This document shows, in pieces, positions 47,477-57,109 of a stretch of 64,000 nt of DNA. The DNA comes from a virus. Numbering within the stretch: the stretch's first letter is position 1; each line of letters starts with the position of its first letter. The notes below the pieces were generated by a model. The model was given only the letters and a program-made list of their open reading frames with translations, did no database searches and had not been told where the DNA came from. The stretch lies in the IMG/VR virus record IMGVR_UViG_3300024358_000010; one strand, written 5' to 3'. A program made the position numbers and the translations under genes.

Positions 47477-47860
47477 TTATTGGCCCATCATCTTAAGGTC
47501 AGGGTGGCCAGCAAGACGAGCAAGTTCAGTAGCAGTGTCGCCAGCTTCGACAACGACGTCGTTAGCAAAACGGGCGCAGCAAGCTAGAACTGCTAGGTCG
47601 GAAGCATTCACAAAAATGGCGGCGATAGAGTTTTCACCAGCAGCGCCTTTAACCTTAAGCGTGCCGGGGTTGCCGATGCCGATGCCGAGGAAAGGCGAAG
47701 TGTCGCCGTTCACACCGCCCATCGGGCTTTGGATGGAAGCGTCAACATAGCTGATGGTCAAACCAGCTGCGGTGACTGAGGTTGCGTTTCGAGTAGCCGC
47801 AACGCCAACTGCGTCGAGGTTTCTCTTAATCTTGTCGAGGACTTGCACTGGATTGCTCAT
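47477..47860 (-). CDS. putative head structural/decoration protein
   Basis: AAGGAG RBS; Ala/Gly-rich; first gene of the scaffold-MCP run. Confidence 0.6.
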   Translation of the reverse strand: MSNPVQVLDKIKRNLDAVGVAATRNATSVTAAGLTISYVDASIQSPMGGVNGDTSPFLGIGIGNPGTLKVKGAAGENSIAAIFVNASDLAVLACCARFANDVVVEAGDTATELARLAGHPDLKMMGQ

Positions 47861-47972
47861 CTCACTTTTCTCCTTAAAATCGAATGCACTAACATTCGTA
47901 GTTCAATATATCATGCTGCTATAGTTAAGCAGCAAATAACTCAAAAGTTATACTGTAAAAGTCATATTAAAA

Positions 47973-49610
47973 CTATTTTGCTTTTTCTTTATTAATCTTT
48001 TTTAACTCCCTAAGACGATTAAATGCTTTTTGCGCAACCTCATCGTCTGAGTGACTTAAAAGTCGTTCAATCACAGACTGATTTCCGTGCTGAAGAAAAG
48101 AATCTATGACTTGATTTCTGACCGCCGGATCTGGATGGTTGACCAGTTGATCAAGTGGATCGCCTGGTTGTTCTGCTTCTTTTGCCGCTTTAACACTCGG
48201 TATTTCACTTCTTAATTTCTTAGTTTCTTCAGAAATTTGTTTCTTTTGTTTTTGCGGAGCAGCTGGCGCGGCAGCAGTGCGTTGACTCGCTAAAGCTTGC
48301 TCGCGACTAAACTCCTTAAGAGGCGCCTTAGGCGTGACATTAGCAGAGGTTGGATCTCTCTCTTTTTGATATTCTTTAATATTTTCGCGAAGTTCTTTTT
48401 GTTCCCGTCTTACTGCTTCGGGATCAGATTCATCTATGGTCGACGTGCGCGATCTTTCTGGTCTTAGTTTTTCAATCTCTTCAATTTCTTTAGATGGTTT
48501 ATCGTAAGCATTCATCTGCTGTCTAAATTCTGGACTCTTCAAATGCTCAGCAATAGCGGTTTTGACTTCGTTTTCTAGATCTTGTCTTTCGTGCATCTTG
48601 ACTTTAAAATAAGGCTCTCCACCTGAAGCACCTTTGTGATGCACTTCTATTTCACCCACTGGTTTTCCATCGTAGTGCACGAAGTGTCTACTTTTAGAAG
48701 GGCGCTCGGAGGACTTACCATAAGCTTCCATAATCGGTTTGCCAGCCAGTTGGAAGGAAAGACCTTGCTCTGATGACTCTCCGGAATAGCTGCGAACATA
48801 ATCTTTTATTTGCGATTTTTCAGCTTGCTTCGCAGCGACTTGCATCGGTGACATTTCGCCCTGAGAAACATAACGCTTAAGTTTTTTCTTATCTTTAGGC
48901 GTGAGTTCGATCTCGTTGCTTGGTGATCCGCCAATTCGGCGTCTTATATCGGCGAATGGATTAGCTTGCTCAGGGGTCAAACTTTCGAGGTAGTTAGCAC
49001 GTTCAACTATTGCGTTTTCTAATCTTTTAGTATCGTTGGTAGTGTGGTCTGAACTGCCAGAACTAAGACTTTTAATGTGCGCCTGATGCATATCGCGCAA
49101 AGCCTGTATTTGAGGATCGTAAGAATGATTCTCCATGGCTGCTGCGGCTTGTTTTGATATCTCGCCGTGCTTTCCCTTTAAATCCTTTATACGACTATGC
49201 ATTTTTGATTCTACAGTATCAAACACTTCTTCAGGAATGGCGCCGGGATTGTCCTTGATTCTGTTGTTTGCTTCCTGGTGGAAATTGTGCAGATCTTTTA
49301 GCTCTGCGTCGTCCGCGTAGTGATTCTGTATCAGGTTTGCCAAATCTTCGGGCAAGGGACGCTGAGCTTTTGGTTGTCTTAGGGAACTGTATTCTGCTGG
49401 TTGTTCTTTCGAAGGGGCGCGGGCGGGCTGTGCTTGAGCTGGAGTGAAAATTCTTGGCTGTGCAGCTTCTTGCGGTGTCGCGCTCTCAGTTTGCGTGCTC
49501 ATCTGCCTGAGACGTTGGCCCATGGTTTGAGCCTTAACAAGCAGTTGAAATTCTTGGAGTTGTTTCTCCAAAGCGTTTATTTCTTGAAGTGCTTTTAGGT
49601 TCGAATCCAT
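47973..49610 (-). CDS. putative internal head protein
   Basis: Charged 545-aa ORF between protease and scaffold; LLVKA site. Confidence 0.6.
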   Translation of the reverse strand: MDSNLKALQEINALEKQLQEFQLLVKAQTMGQRLRQMSTQTESATPQEAAQPRIFTPAQAQPARAPSKEQPAEYSSLRQPKAQRPLPEDLANLIQNHYADDAELKDLHNFHQEANNRIKDNPGAIPEEVFDTVESKMHSRIKDLKGKHGEISKQAAAAMENHSYDPQIQALRDMHQAHIKSLSSGSSDHTTNDTKRLENAIVERANYLESLTPEQANPFADIRRRIGGSPSNEIELTPKDKKKLKRYVSQGEMSPMQVAAKQAEKSQIKDYVRSYSGESSEQGLSFQLAGKPIMEAYGKSSERPSKSRHFVHYDGKPVGEIEVHHKGASGGEPYFKVKMHERQDLENEVKTAIAEHLKSPEFRQQMNAYDKPSKEIEEIEKLRPERSRTSTIDESDPEAVRREQKELRENIKEYQKERDPTSANVTPKAPLKEFSREQALASQRTAAAPAAPQKQKKQISEETKKLRSEIPSVKAAKEAEQPGDPLDQLVNHPDPAVRNQVIDSFLQHGNQSVIERLLSHSDDEVAQKAFNRLRELKKINKEKAK

Positions 49611-49648
49611 ACCCTACCGCCCAGTGTTACCAGTATATAATACCAAGA

Positions 49649-50545
49649 TCACTTAGATAAGAAGAACTTAGTCAACGTGTCAAATGGAAAGCTCTTGTTG
49701 CATGATCGGCACTTTGTCTGGTGCGCCATGTAGACCTGCTCCTTGCCGCAGTTGGGGCAATCTATATATCTGAATGATCGACCTTGGTCTAAAGATTCAG
49801 TCTGAAGCACAGATCCACCGGCTCTAAGATTTGGCGTCTCTGCCCCACCGTAGCCGGCAGTGAGGGCTTTATCTAACGACTCGGGCGAATTATTGTTTTT
49901 TTTTAAAGCGCTGACGGTCTCGTGTATCTTCTCGACGTTCTCGCGGATCTTGGCGATCGAGGTTCTTTGAGAAAGATCGATCAAGGCCGGAACATTGATC
50001 ACAGCGTGCGGCGCGTAGGATTTGATGAGGTCGATCTCTTCGGCGGTTGGTGCAGACTTGGCGAGATCAAGGCCTTCGACCAAAGTATTTGAATTTGCTG
50101 GCGTAAATGTGAGCGCTAGCCCCCTAATCTTGGTTCTTGCTAGAACTCTTGGATCTTTCTTTCCTCTTTCTAAGATGCCGCCTTCTACTGAGCATTTTAG
50201 TTTGAGAGGAGAGTCGGTGCGGAATTGGTGCTTCAGGATCGCGGCTGCAGCCTTAGCGGAGCGATGATCTTCGTCGTCATAAAGCGTACCGGCAACATAA
50301 ATATAGGGCGATTTAACTTTGTTCCAATAATATCGATGCCTATCATTCTCGCAGTCTTCTGGGCCGAAAATCTTCTTTGCTTCAGTTATTCGACCAACGA
50401 CATCTGGCAGTTTGTTGCTATGGTTGTCGTTGACGATTCCGCGACCCGCCAATAGGTCAGAAATATCAGCACCTTGGATGTCTAATATCTCTGACTGCGT
50501 ATCCCGAAGCGCGTTCGTCGCACAGGAATCAAATTTTGTGGCCAT
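49649..50545 (-). CDS. prohead maturation protease
   Basis: RDTQSEILD..G.D, NDNH (His), CSVEG (Ser), ALTFTPAN; C-terminal MCP-like peptide and zinc ribbon. Confidence 0.85.
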   Translation of the reverse strand: MATKFDSCATNALRDTQSEILDIQGADISDLLAGRGIVNDNHSNKLPDVVGRITEAKKIFGPEDCENDRHRYYWNKVKSPYIYVAGTLYDDEDHRSAKAAAAILKHQFRTDSPLKLKCSVEGGILERGKKDPRVLARTKIRGLALTFTPANSNTLVEGLDLAKSAPTAEEIDLIKSYAPHAVINVPALIDLSQRTSIAKIRENVEKIHETVSALKKNNNSPESLDKALTAGYGGAETPNLRAGGSVLQTESLDQGRSFRYIDCPNCGKEQVYMAHQTKCRSCNKSFPFDTLTKFFLSK

Positions 50546-50569
50546 AGTAAAATCCTTAATTCATTACTC

Positions 50570-51487
50570 TTATGATTCTACTGCGTAAGAAAACCTAAAT
50601 CCTTTATACGGTTTTCCATTCTTAGCATAATATGAAATTACCCCAGGTTTAACGTTCAACCATTTAGCGGCGGCATGAACTGACTCAAATCGCATATTGT
50701 TATTTAAGCAAACAACAGATTTACGATTTACGGGCGTTAAGTTTATTTTATTTTTATGATTTGGGTTTTGCCACATTTGTTTTGACTTTTGAGATAAAAG
50801 CAATCTAGTCGATTCTGTTGCCTTTTTACCTGTTGCCGCTTTTCTTAATTTCTCAATGGTTTCTGGTCTGCATTTTAGACCCAGCGATCCTCGACCACCG
50901 CCTGTCGCTATGTTGACAATTGGAATATTTAAAAAACGCATCAGACAGATGGTTGCTATTTCTGCTTGCTCTAGTTCCTGCCTAGAGTTGAAACATTTTA
51001 TTATTTTAACGAACCAGCCGCCCGCCTCGTTTACTGTTTTGTGCCAGTTGGTGTTTCTGCCTTTATTTACTAAATACCTCCTAAATTGAGGACCGTGTTC
51101 TGAAGAGATGCCGACGTAGAAAAGTTTACCATTATCCACGCGATAATGTGCATAAAGATAATGCGTAAGTTTTTTAGATTCAATTATTGATATTGCAGTA
51201 CGATCTCGTAAAGTCTTGGCAATTCTAAAATCTTCCCATCTCTTCGCGTTATAAGCAATAGTTTTTGCTCGACTTTCCGGCGAAGATCTGGTTTGTTTTA
51301 TGGCTTTTTGATGCTTTTCTATGTATTCTGGCGAATACCTTACGCAATCCAGACAAAGTTTATAAACTTTATTTTTAGGTTGATAGCCTCTATCAAGGCC
51401 GCACTTATCGCAAGAACATTTGAATTTCTTTATTACTTGACCAGATCTTTTTGTGTGCTTTATGAAGTCGTTAAAATCAACAGCCAT
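50570..51487 (-). CDS. GIY-YIG-like homing endonuclease with NUMOD3/NUMOD1 domains
   Basis: YLYAHYR...FYVGIS; ETIEKLRKA and ESTRLLLS; VVCLNNNMRFESVHAAAKWL; AT-rich. Confidence 0.8.
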   Translation of the reverse strand: MAVDFNDFIKHTKRSGQVIKKFKCSCDKCGLDRGYQPKNKVYKLCLDCVRYSPEYIEKHQKAIKQTRSSPESRAKTIAYNAKRWEDFRIAKTLRDRTAISIIESKKLTHYLYAHYRVDNGKLFYVGISSEHGPQFRRYLVNKGRNTNWHKTVNEAGGWFVKIIKCFNSRQELEQAEIATICLMRFLNIPIVNIATGGGRGSLGLKCRPETIEKLRKAATGKKATESTRLLLSQKSKQMWQNPNHKNKINLTPVNRKSVVCLNNNMRFESVHAAAKWLNVKPGVISYYAKNGKPYKGFRFSYAVES

Positions 51488-51561
51488 CTCACCCTCCAAA
51501 TAGCTAAACAGCCAGATTTATTATACAAAATCCGACAGTTAACCGTTGTAGAGCGACACTG

Positions 51562-51978
51562 CTAGTCGCAATAGACCGTCTCATCATCTAGCGAAAATGA
51601 GGACTCGACGACGGGTTCGTCTTTGTGCGACTCGCGTATTTCCTTGATGGCTTGGCAGGCTTGCAACTTATTGATGGCACGTTCAGCGGTCTTCTTGACG
51701 GTGTCAGTGGAGACGTGCAGCATGGCTGCGATGTCGACATCTGACGATGGGGTTTCCGGCATGTGGTTGGCCTCGTACGAGAACCAGCAATATCCCGAAA
51801 GTTGATCATCTATAGCCCACGGACAACCTGGCAGAACTGCCTCTTCAGCCTCAGTGAGTTCTTTCTTAGAGGCTCGCAAGGTTTTAAGTCTGAGCACCGC
51901 CAGTGGACACCACTCGTTTGTTGGTTTGTCCAGCTTCCTGGGGCATCTAGATTTGAATCTTTCCTTTAGATCGCTCAT
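51562..51978 (-). CDS. HTH protein resembling sigma region 4
   Basis: SDVDIAAMLHVSTDTVKKTAERAINKL; Cys-rich N-terminus; likely start ATG 51978. Confidence 0.6.
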   Translation of the reverse strand: MSDLKERFKSRCPRKLDKPTNEWCPLAVLRLKTLRASKKELTEAEEAVLPGCPWAIDDQLSGYCWFSYEANHMPETPSSDVDIAAMLHVSTDTVKKTAERAINKLQACQAIKEIRESHKDEPVVESSFSLDDETVYCD

Positions 51979-52033
51979 CTTTGACTCGCAGCTGTTTGCT
52001 CTAGACGTTATACTCCGCAAGTCAATATAAAAA

Positions 52034-52058
52034 ACCAACCCCGATGTTGGGGGTTGGT
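52034..52058 (-). terminator. intrinsic terminator
   Basis: ACCAACCCC...GGGGTTGGT stem with a U-tract on the - strand. Confidence 0.75.
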
Positions 52059-52079
52059 CTCAACTAGGTTTCGCTAGTG

Positions 52080-52637
52080 TTATGCCTTTGGCGTGGTTCT
52101 TACGCCAAGAAGTTCTACTACGTGTCGCGAGCCGTTGATGGTGGTTTCTACAGTCGCCCCCACAGATTTGCTTAGGAGACCGGAAACAATATCTTGGTTC
52201 GCGATGTCTTTAAGCAAAGACTTAGACCGGAAGATCCCCTTATCTTCTGCTTCATCTGGCGTCGTAGAAGCGATGATAACGATGTCTTCGTCTGAAGACA
52301 CGGTGTCTGCAGGAACGAGACCTCGGGTTTGATCATCTTTGTCAGATGACTCTTGCCAGTCTGCTAGTTTGAGCTTGTCTGCTAGGGTTGCGATCTGCTC
52401 TCTAGAGACGCCAGGCACAGAGTCCAGGAGGGCACTTGTTTTGTATTGGGTGTCGTTGAGGGCAGCATAGAAGCGCGTCAGATCTTCCTGCATGGGGCGA
52501 ATCTGCTCCATGAACTGCTTAAGCAGTGCTTGAGAAACTCTCACCGCCATTGTTAAGTTTGCAACTTCGCGCTCAAGTTCTGCGACGCGGTTGACGGTGG
52601 GTTTGCTGCGCTTCTTTTGCGAATCTACGATTTTCAT
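52080..52637 (-). CDS. coiled-coil protein with GreA/GreB-like C-terminus
   Basis: N-terminal coiled coil; IVSGLLSKSVGATVETTING..VELLGV resembles the Gre C-terminal domain. Confidence 0.45.
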   Translation of the reverse strand: MKIVDSQKKRSKPTVNRVAELEREVANLTMAVRVSQALLKQFMEQIRPMQEDLTRFYAALNDTQYKTSALLDSVPGVSREQIATLADKLKLADWQESSDKDDQTRGLVPADTVSSDEDIVIIASTTPDEAEDKGIFRSKSLLKDIANQDIVSGLLSKSVGATVETTINGSRHVVELLGVRTTPKA

Positions 52638-52652
52638 GCGTTACTCCGTATT

Positions 52653-53486
52653 TTACGCTCGTTTATCTTTTACACGATTTGCGAGAGCTTTAAGTAGCGT
52701 GATCTCTTCGCTTGTGAATGGGAGGGAGACTTGGGGCTTATCTGTCCCTAGAAGTTTTGCCAATTCTTGGTTGAGAAATTCCCGAACGCGGATCTCAATC
52801 GAGTCGTATTCTGACCCTTTTTTCTTCACGATCCTGGAGGAAAGGATATCGTTGATAGCGTTGGCTTGCTGAAGCTTTTGCTGCTCTGGCGTAAGCTTGG
52901 TTGGCGTATCCATCTTGACGACATTTGTGGTTTCGCTGGTTGAAACTGACGCAGCGAAAACTTTAGATTCTAATTTTGGTTCTGGGCTCATCTCTTTGAC
53001 CTCTGGTTCTTGAGGGACAAAATCGTGTTTGGTCTTTATACTGAAACCATAACGATCCGCCATTGCGGCATAAAGTTGATATGCAGATTTAAACTGCGAC
53101 AAAGATAGAGGCTCTTTGTTGTCTAAACATCTCTGCCAGTGTGCCTCAACATTAGTGTCAACCATTAGAATACGAGTGGTACTATTCTGGTCTTCAATGT
53201 CGCGCAGAACATCGATATCTTCGTCGCTAAGGAGCGGATTTCGACTATAGATAAACGGCCAAATTGTTTCACCGTACCAAGATCTATCGAAGACGATATC
53301 TTGACCTGATAGACCGACAAGCATCTCCACAAGATCATCTAGGTAGGATGGGCCGGTGTAACCGGTCCGAGAGTATTTCTTATCAGGTGCAGAGAAGTGG
53401 ATGGATTTGTATCCCTGAGACTCGTAAAGCTTGGCGAGTGACGACTTAAAGCTTCTATCTACACCCTCGAGTATCACGAATGCCAT
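52653..53486 (-). CDS. thymidylate/dNMP kinase-like P-loop protein with C-terminal extension
   Basis: ILEGVDRSFKSS, IVFDRSWYGE. Confidence 0.75.
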   Translation of the reverse strand: MAFVILEGVDRSFKSSLAKLYESQGYKSIHFSAPDKKYSRTGYTGPSYLDDLVEMLVGLSGQDIVFDRSWYGETIWPFIYSRNPLLSDEDIDVLRDIEDQNSTTRILMVDTNVEAHWQRCLDNKEPLSLSQFKSAYQLYAAMADRYGFSIKTKHDFVPQEPEVKEMSPEPKLESKVFAASVSTSETTNVVKMDTPTKLTPEQQKLQQANAINDILSSRIVKKKGSEYDSIEIRVREFLNQELAKLLGTDKPQVSLPFTSEEITLLKALANRVKDKRA

Positions 53487-53536
53487 AACATATCCCCCAA
53501 TAGAGATATTTATACAAATTGTTTAATTTAATAAAG

Positions 53537-55474
53537 TTATTCTTTTTCGGTATCTGCGGCAACGTTGATTGGGTTTCTTGTCATCTTGCCTTCAACGTTT
53601 GAGGCGCGAGTCGCGCCAAATTCTTTGGCAGTCTCTTGCAATTGCTGCACGGGCGATTGGCCTGCCTTTACTGCGGCCTCAGCTGCTGCTTGTTTTCTAC
53701 CTTCGGTATCGTGATCAACCTGCTGGCGCTGAAGATCTTGCTCGTGTTCCATTTGCTGCTGCTGCATTGCCATCTGTTGTTGCTGCTGATCTTTTGCTTC
53801 TTTCTGAGCCTGTTTAGTCATAAGCATATTTTGCCACTGCAGGAACATTGGATCGCCAGGAAGATATTGGAGTTCTTGTCGTTGAGTCGCGCCTGCATCG
53901 CCTAAGAAGACTTCTCGCTGCTCGCCTTTGGTCATCATCTTGTCGACCAGTCCCCAAAATGCTTGATTAAGCGGCAAATTCGCAATCGGATGGTCAATAG
54001 GTTTACGATCTTCATTCTTAAGCAGATCGTTCATAGAAGAAAACACGGTCATCTGCGCTTGACGAAGCGAGATATCGGTTTGCGCCGTGTCGTCTGTGTA
54101 CCCTACGAACTTAAATTTATATTTAGATGCGAGCTCTTTATCTAAAGCAGGGACTACGTCTTGGTTGATCAGATCTTCAATAAAGTAAAGAATTGGCAGC
54201 AAACCTCTCTCGCGAGAGTACGTGATCTTGAATTGTCCAGATTCTTTAGCTTGAGATGCGGCACGACCGTTGGCGGTTGTAAGATAATCTAAACCTACTT
54301 CGATGGGGTCGATCTGAAACTGAGCACAGATGGATCGCATGACGTGCGAATTGAAGTTGATGTACTCCATCTCGCGTGCAGACCCTGACATTGGTATCCA
54401 CTGGACATCATCCAGCCCTGATACAATCGGTGTGCGCCAAGCGTTATTCGAGCCCGAAATAGTATTGTAGAACTGACGACGGAAAGACGCCAGAGTGTTT
54501 TGAGTAACTGTTCCTTTGAGATGCAGGATCCCTCTAGCCGCATATCCGTGCGTAAAGTAGTTTGCATTGTAGGATTCAACGTTGAGATGGTTTGTGATCA
54601 TGATCACGGCTTGCTCGACCATCGAGATCGCGTAGCCGTTGGAGTCGGCAAAGTTCTTTGGGTTGAAGAGTTTGAAGACCATGTCTTCATCGCCAAACAC
54701 GTTTACGACGCGCATGTCCATGGTCTGCTGAACGTACTTTAGGTACTCCATGTCAGGAGTATTGATCTGACCGTCACCCCTTGGGTCATTGTCAGAGCGC
54801 TTTTTGTGGTAAAGCTCCAGCGCGACTTTTGCCTGATTCTCAACCGCATCCTTGGAGACGTTTGGGTTGACACGGTAAACAGTCTCTGCGGGAAGAGGGC
54901 GAAAGCGATGGAGAGAACCTTTGCGAGTAAGCACCTTCTCTACGGCGATATGGCCAAAGGTTAGTGCGTCCCAGGTGATCAACTTTACGAACTCACCGAA
55001 CAGCATCTCCTCGCCGCGGGGCGTTGCGTCGGTACGACCACAGTGATAAATATAGTCTTCTAGCATCCGGATGTTATCGATATCTTCTTGGGTAACTGGT
55101 TCATTTTGGTTGGCCTTAACAAACCGGTACCCCATGTCATACTTCTTCTCCTGAGGACGAGAGAAGCGCAGAACTGTATCGCAACGAATCTGCAAAATTG
55201 CATTTACTAGCCAATCTCGCATAGAGATTTCTCTAAGGGTGCGGTTGGCTATTCTAGAGATTTTTGATTTAGAAAGAAAGTAATTATGAGCAGCGTGATC
55301 GTAATACGGATCGGTAAGTATAGCTTTGCTGCCAACGAGCTGACCCTGATCTTGAGCTTCATTTTTAGGCTGAGAAGAGTCGGATAGACGGTCGGCTTCA
55401 GACTTAGTTAAGTCCTCGATATCTTTACGAAGAGAATCAGTAACTGCTTTTTTAATATCTTCAATCCAAGACAT
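53537..55474 (-). CDS. portal protein
   Basis: DALTFG, YGISxVE-like YAISMVE, NYFTHG..ARGIL, NAWRTPI, REMEY, FQIDPIEVG; located after the terminase; GGAG RBS before ATG 55474. Confidence 0.9.
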   Translation of the reverse strand: MSWIEDIKKAVTDSLRKDIEDLTKSEADRLSDSSQPKNEAQDQGQLVGSKAILTDPYYDHAAHNYFLSKSKISRIANRTLREISMRDWLVNAILQIRCDTVLRFSRPQEKKYDMGYRFVKANQNEPVTQEDIDNIRMLEDYIYHCGRTDATPRGEEMLFGEFVKLITWDALTFGHIAVEKVLTRKGSLHRFRPLPAETVYRVNPNVSKDAVENQAKVALELYHKKRSDNDPRGDGQINTPDMEYLKYVQQTMDMRVVNVFGDEDMVFKLFNPKNFADSNGYAISMVEQAVIMITNHLNVESYNANYFTHGYAARGILHLKGTVTQNTLASFRRQFYNTISGSNNAWRTPIVSGLDDVQWIPMSGSAREMEYINFNSHVMRSICAQFQIDPIEVGLDYLTTANGRAASQAKESGQFKITYSRERGLLPILYFIEDLINQDVVPALDKELASKYKFKFVGYTDDTAQTDISLRQAQMTVFSSMNDLLKNEDRKPIDHPIANLPLNQAFWGLVDKMMTKGEQREVFLGDAGATQRQELQYLPGDPMFLQWQNMLMTKQAQKEAKDQQQQQMAMQQQQMEHEQDLQRQQVDHDTEGRKQAAAEAAVKAGQSPVQQLQETAKEFGATRASNVEGKMTRNPINVAADTEKE

Positions 55475-55515
55475 CTTGGTCTCCAAGCTGACGGTAAGAC
55501 AACCATATTATACGA

Positions 55516-57042
55516 TCAAAAGGTCCATATAAAACCGCCGTCCGACCCTTGATCTTCGTTATCCTCTATATCAGACAGCCTTCCTATTTTACCCATCTTA
55601 TCCAGGTTAACTTCCGGATTAAACGGAATGTTGTTTACCTTAGCGTACTCTTCAGGTGTGGGCGGTTTAAAGAAGCTGCCGGTAGAATCAACTAATTTAG
55701 CCATGTCTACGTCTAAGCCAGCCGAAGAAAGGATGACAGCTGACTTGCTGAATAAATTAGTCATCGCATAGCGCAAAGCGTCAATCCAGTGATCGTGCTC
55801 TGTATCAGGATCATCCGTGATTTGACCTGATGCATCTACTTTGTAATGGTAGAGCTGGAACTCCCTTATCAAGGGCTGACAAGTTTCTTGTGCAAAAAAT
55901 ATCTTTGGCTCCCCGGTTCCTGGGACTTTTAACCATTTCTTTATGACCTGGATGCCAGTGTTTACTTGGCCCTTGTCAGTGTTAGTTGATGTGGGAAGAC
56001 CGAGCTTTCTCATCTCGACTGCGTCACCCGGATCGGCTTGATCTGGGAAGTAGAGCTGAACCCGATAAGCCTGGTGCCACTTATTCTTGACGTGGTGCAT
56101 CCAGGCAGGTCGAGATATGTACGTCATACCGTCGCATCTGACGACGTAGATGTTTTCCTTAGAGTCTACGAAAAAAGTTACCAAAGTATGAGGGTTAGAC
56201 CATCCCCAGTCGATACCCGAGTATGCTGGCAAACCCATTGCTAAACATTTCTTAACAAAGATATCGTGATTGCACTCGCCAGGAAATTCCTTGCCGGTAA
56301 GAGTGAGCCACATCTGATTCCATGTCCTGACGTGCGTACGCTCATCAAATTCCTTAAACACAATTCCCTCAACTGATGGTTTAAGATTCATCAGCTGTGA
56401 CATTGCCCAATCAGGACCTTCGGAAAGTATCTTCTGGGCAAGTTCGTCAATCGACTTGAGCATCGGCGATGTGGATGTTTGATTTTTGGCGTCACCTAAG
56501 CAGATTGGCGCAAGAGGGCACTTGTGGCAACCAGAATACATCTCGTACGGCGCGTAGTCTTTTTTCTTCTGCTCGCTGAGTTTATTGTATTCAGACGGAA
56601 GACGCATGTCGAATGAATTTTGGTCGATATAGTATTCTTGCTTAGTCGTACCGGATCTAGAGTCTGGGCAGCGCTCAGTAAACTCGAACGCGGTCCAGCG
56701 GCGAACATGTCTCCCCTGCTTCTCGGCATTCTCGATGGCTTGATTCATTAGCCCGTATCGAGATTTTCTAGTTGAGATACCCACTCTTAGCGGCTTCTTG
56801 CCCCGCTTGGAGTCGAGCATACCAGATATCTCTTTGTATGCCTTTAATCCTTCGCCAGAAACTGTGTCGATTTCATCGACCACAACCAGCGGTACGTGAG
56901 GTCCGTTGCAGTTGTGATTTATAGTGCCATCGATCGTAACAAATGAATTAGACATCGGATTTGTCGGATCCGAATTAGAACGAACCTCAAGTTTCGCTAT
57001 TTGTTTGACACCGGTTCGCTCGAGCTTTTTAATTTTAGCCAT
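55516..57042 (-). CDS. terminase large subunit, C-terminal part, fused to IntC of a split intein
   Basis: aa 1-44 IntC ending HN, then +1 Cys; Walker B VVVDEID, ISTRK coupling motif, nuclease GIDWGW, DQAD, DHWIDALRY. Confidence 0.92.
   Translation of the reverse strand: MAKIKKLERTGVKQIAKLEVRSNSDPTNPMSNSFVTIDGTINHNCNGPHVPLVVVDEIDTVSGEGLKAYKEISGMLDSKRGKKPLRVGISTRKSRYGLMNQAIENAEKQGRHVRRWTAFEFTERCPDSRSGTTKQEYYIDQNSFDMRLPSEYNKLSEQKKKDYAPYEMYSGCHKCPLAPICLGDAKNQTSTSPMLKSIDELAQKILSEGPDWAMSQLMNLKPSVEGIVFKEFDERTHVRTWNQMWLTLTGKEFPGECNHDIFVKKCLAMGLPAYSGIDWGWSNPHTLVTFFVDSKENIYVVRCDGMTYISRPAWMHHVKNKWHQAYRVQLYFPDQADPGDAVEMRKLGLPTSTNTDKGQVNTGIQVIKKWLKVPGTGEPKIFFAQETCQPLIREFQLYHYKVDASGQITDDPDTEHDHWIDALRYAMTNLFSKSAVILSSAGLDVDMAKLVDSTGSFFKPPTPEEYAKVNNIPFNPEVNLDKMGKIGRLSDIEDNEDQGSDGGFIWTF
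56911..57042 (-). other. split intein C-fragment (IntC, 44 aa)
   Basis: MAKIKKLERTGVKQIAKLEV...NSFVTIDGTINHN|C; blocks F and G. Confidence 0.88.
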
Positions 57043-57050
57043 ATATCACC

Positions 57051-57088
57051 TGGGTATATAGATCCCATGTCTAGTATCTATATACTCA
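57051..57088 (-). promoter_or_regulatory. 13-bp inverted repeat abutting the RBS of IntC-TerL
   Basis: TGGGTATATAGAT (57051-57063) and ATCTATATACTCA (57076-57088), one mismatch; AGGTG RBS at 57047-57051. Confidence 0.6.
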
Positions 57089-57109
57089 AAATGATAAGTA
57101 TTTATAGTT

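Noticed and set aside
47881-47951. Three short inverted repeats upstream of the scaffold-MCP run
   Set aside because: Stems are only 6-7 bp in AT-rich DNA and cannot be told from chance by eye
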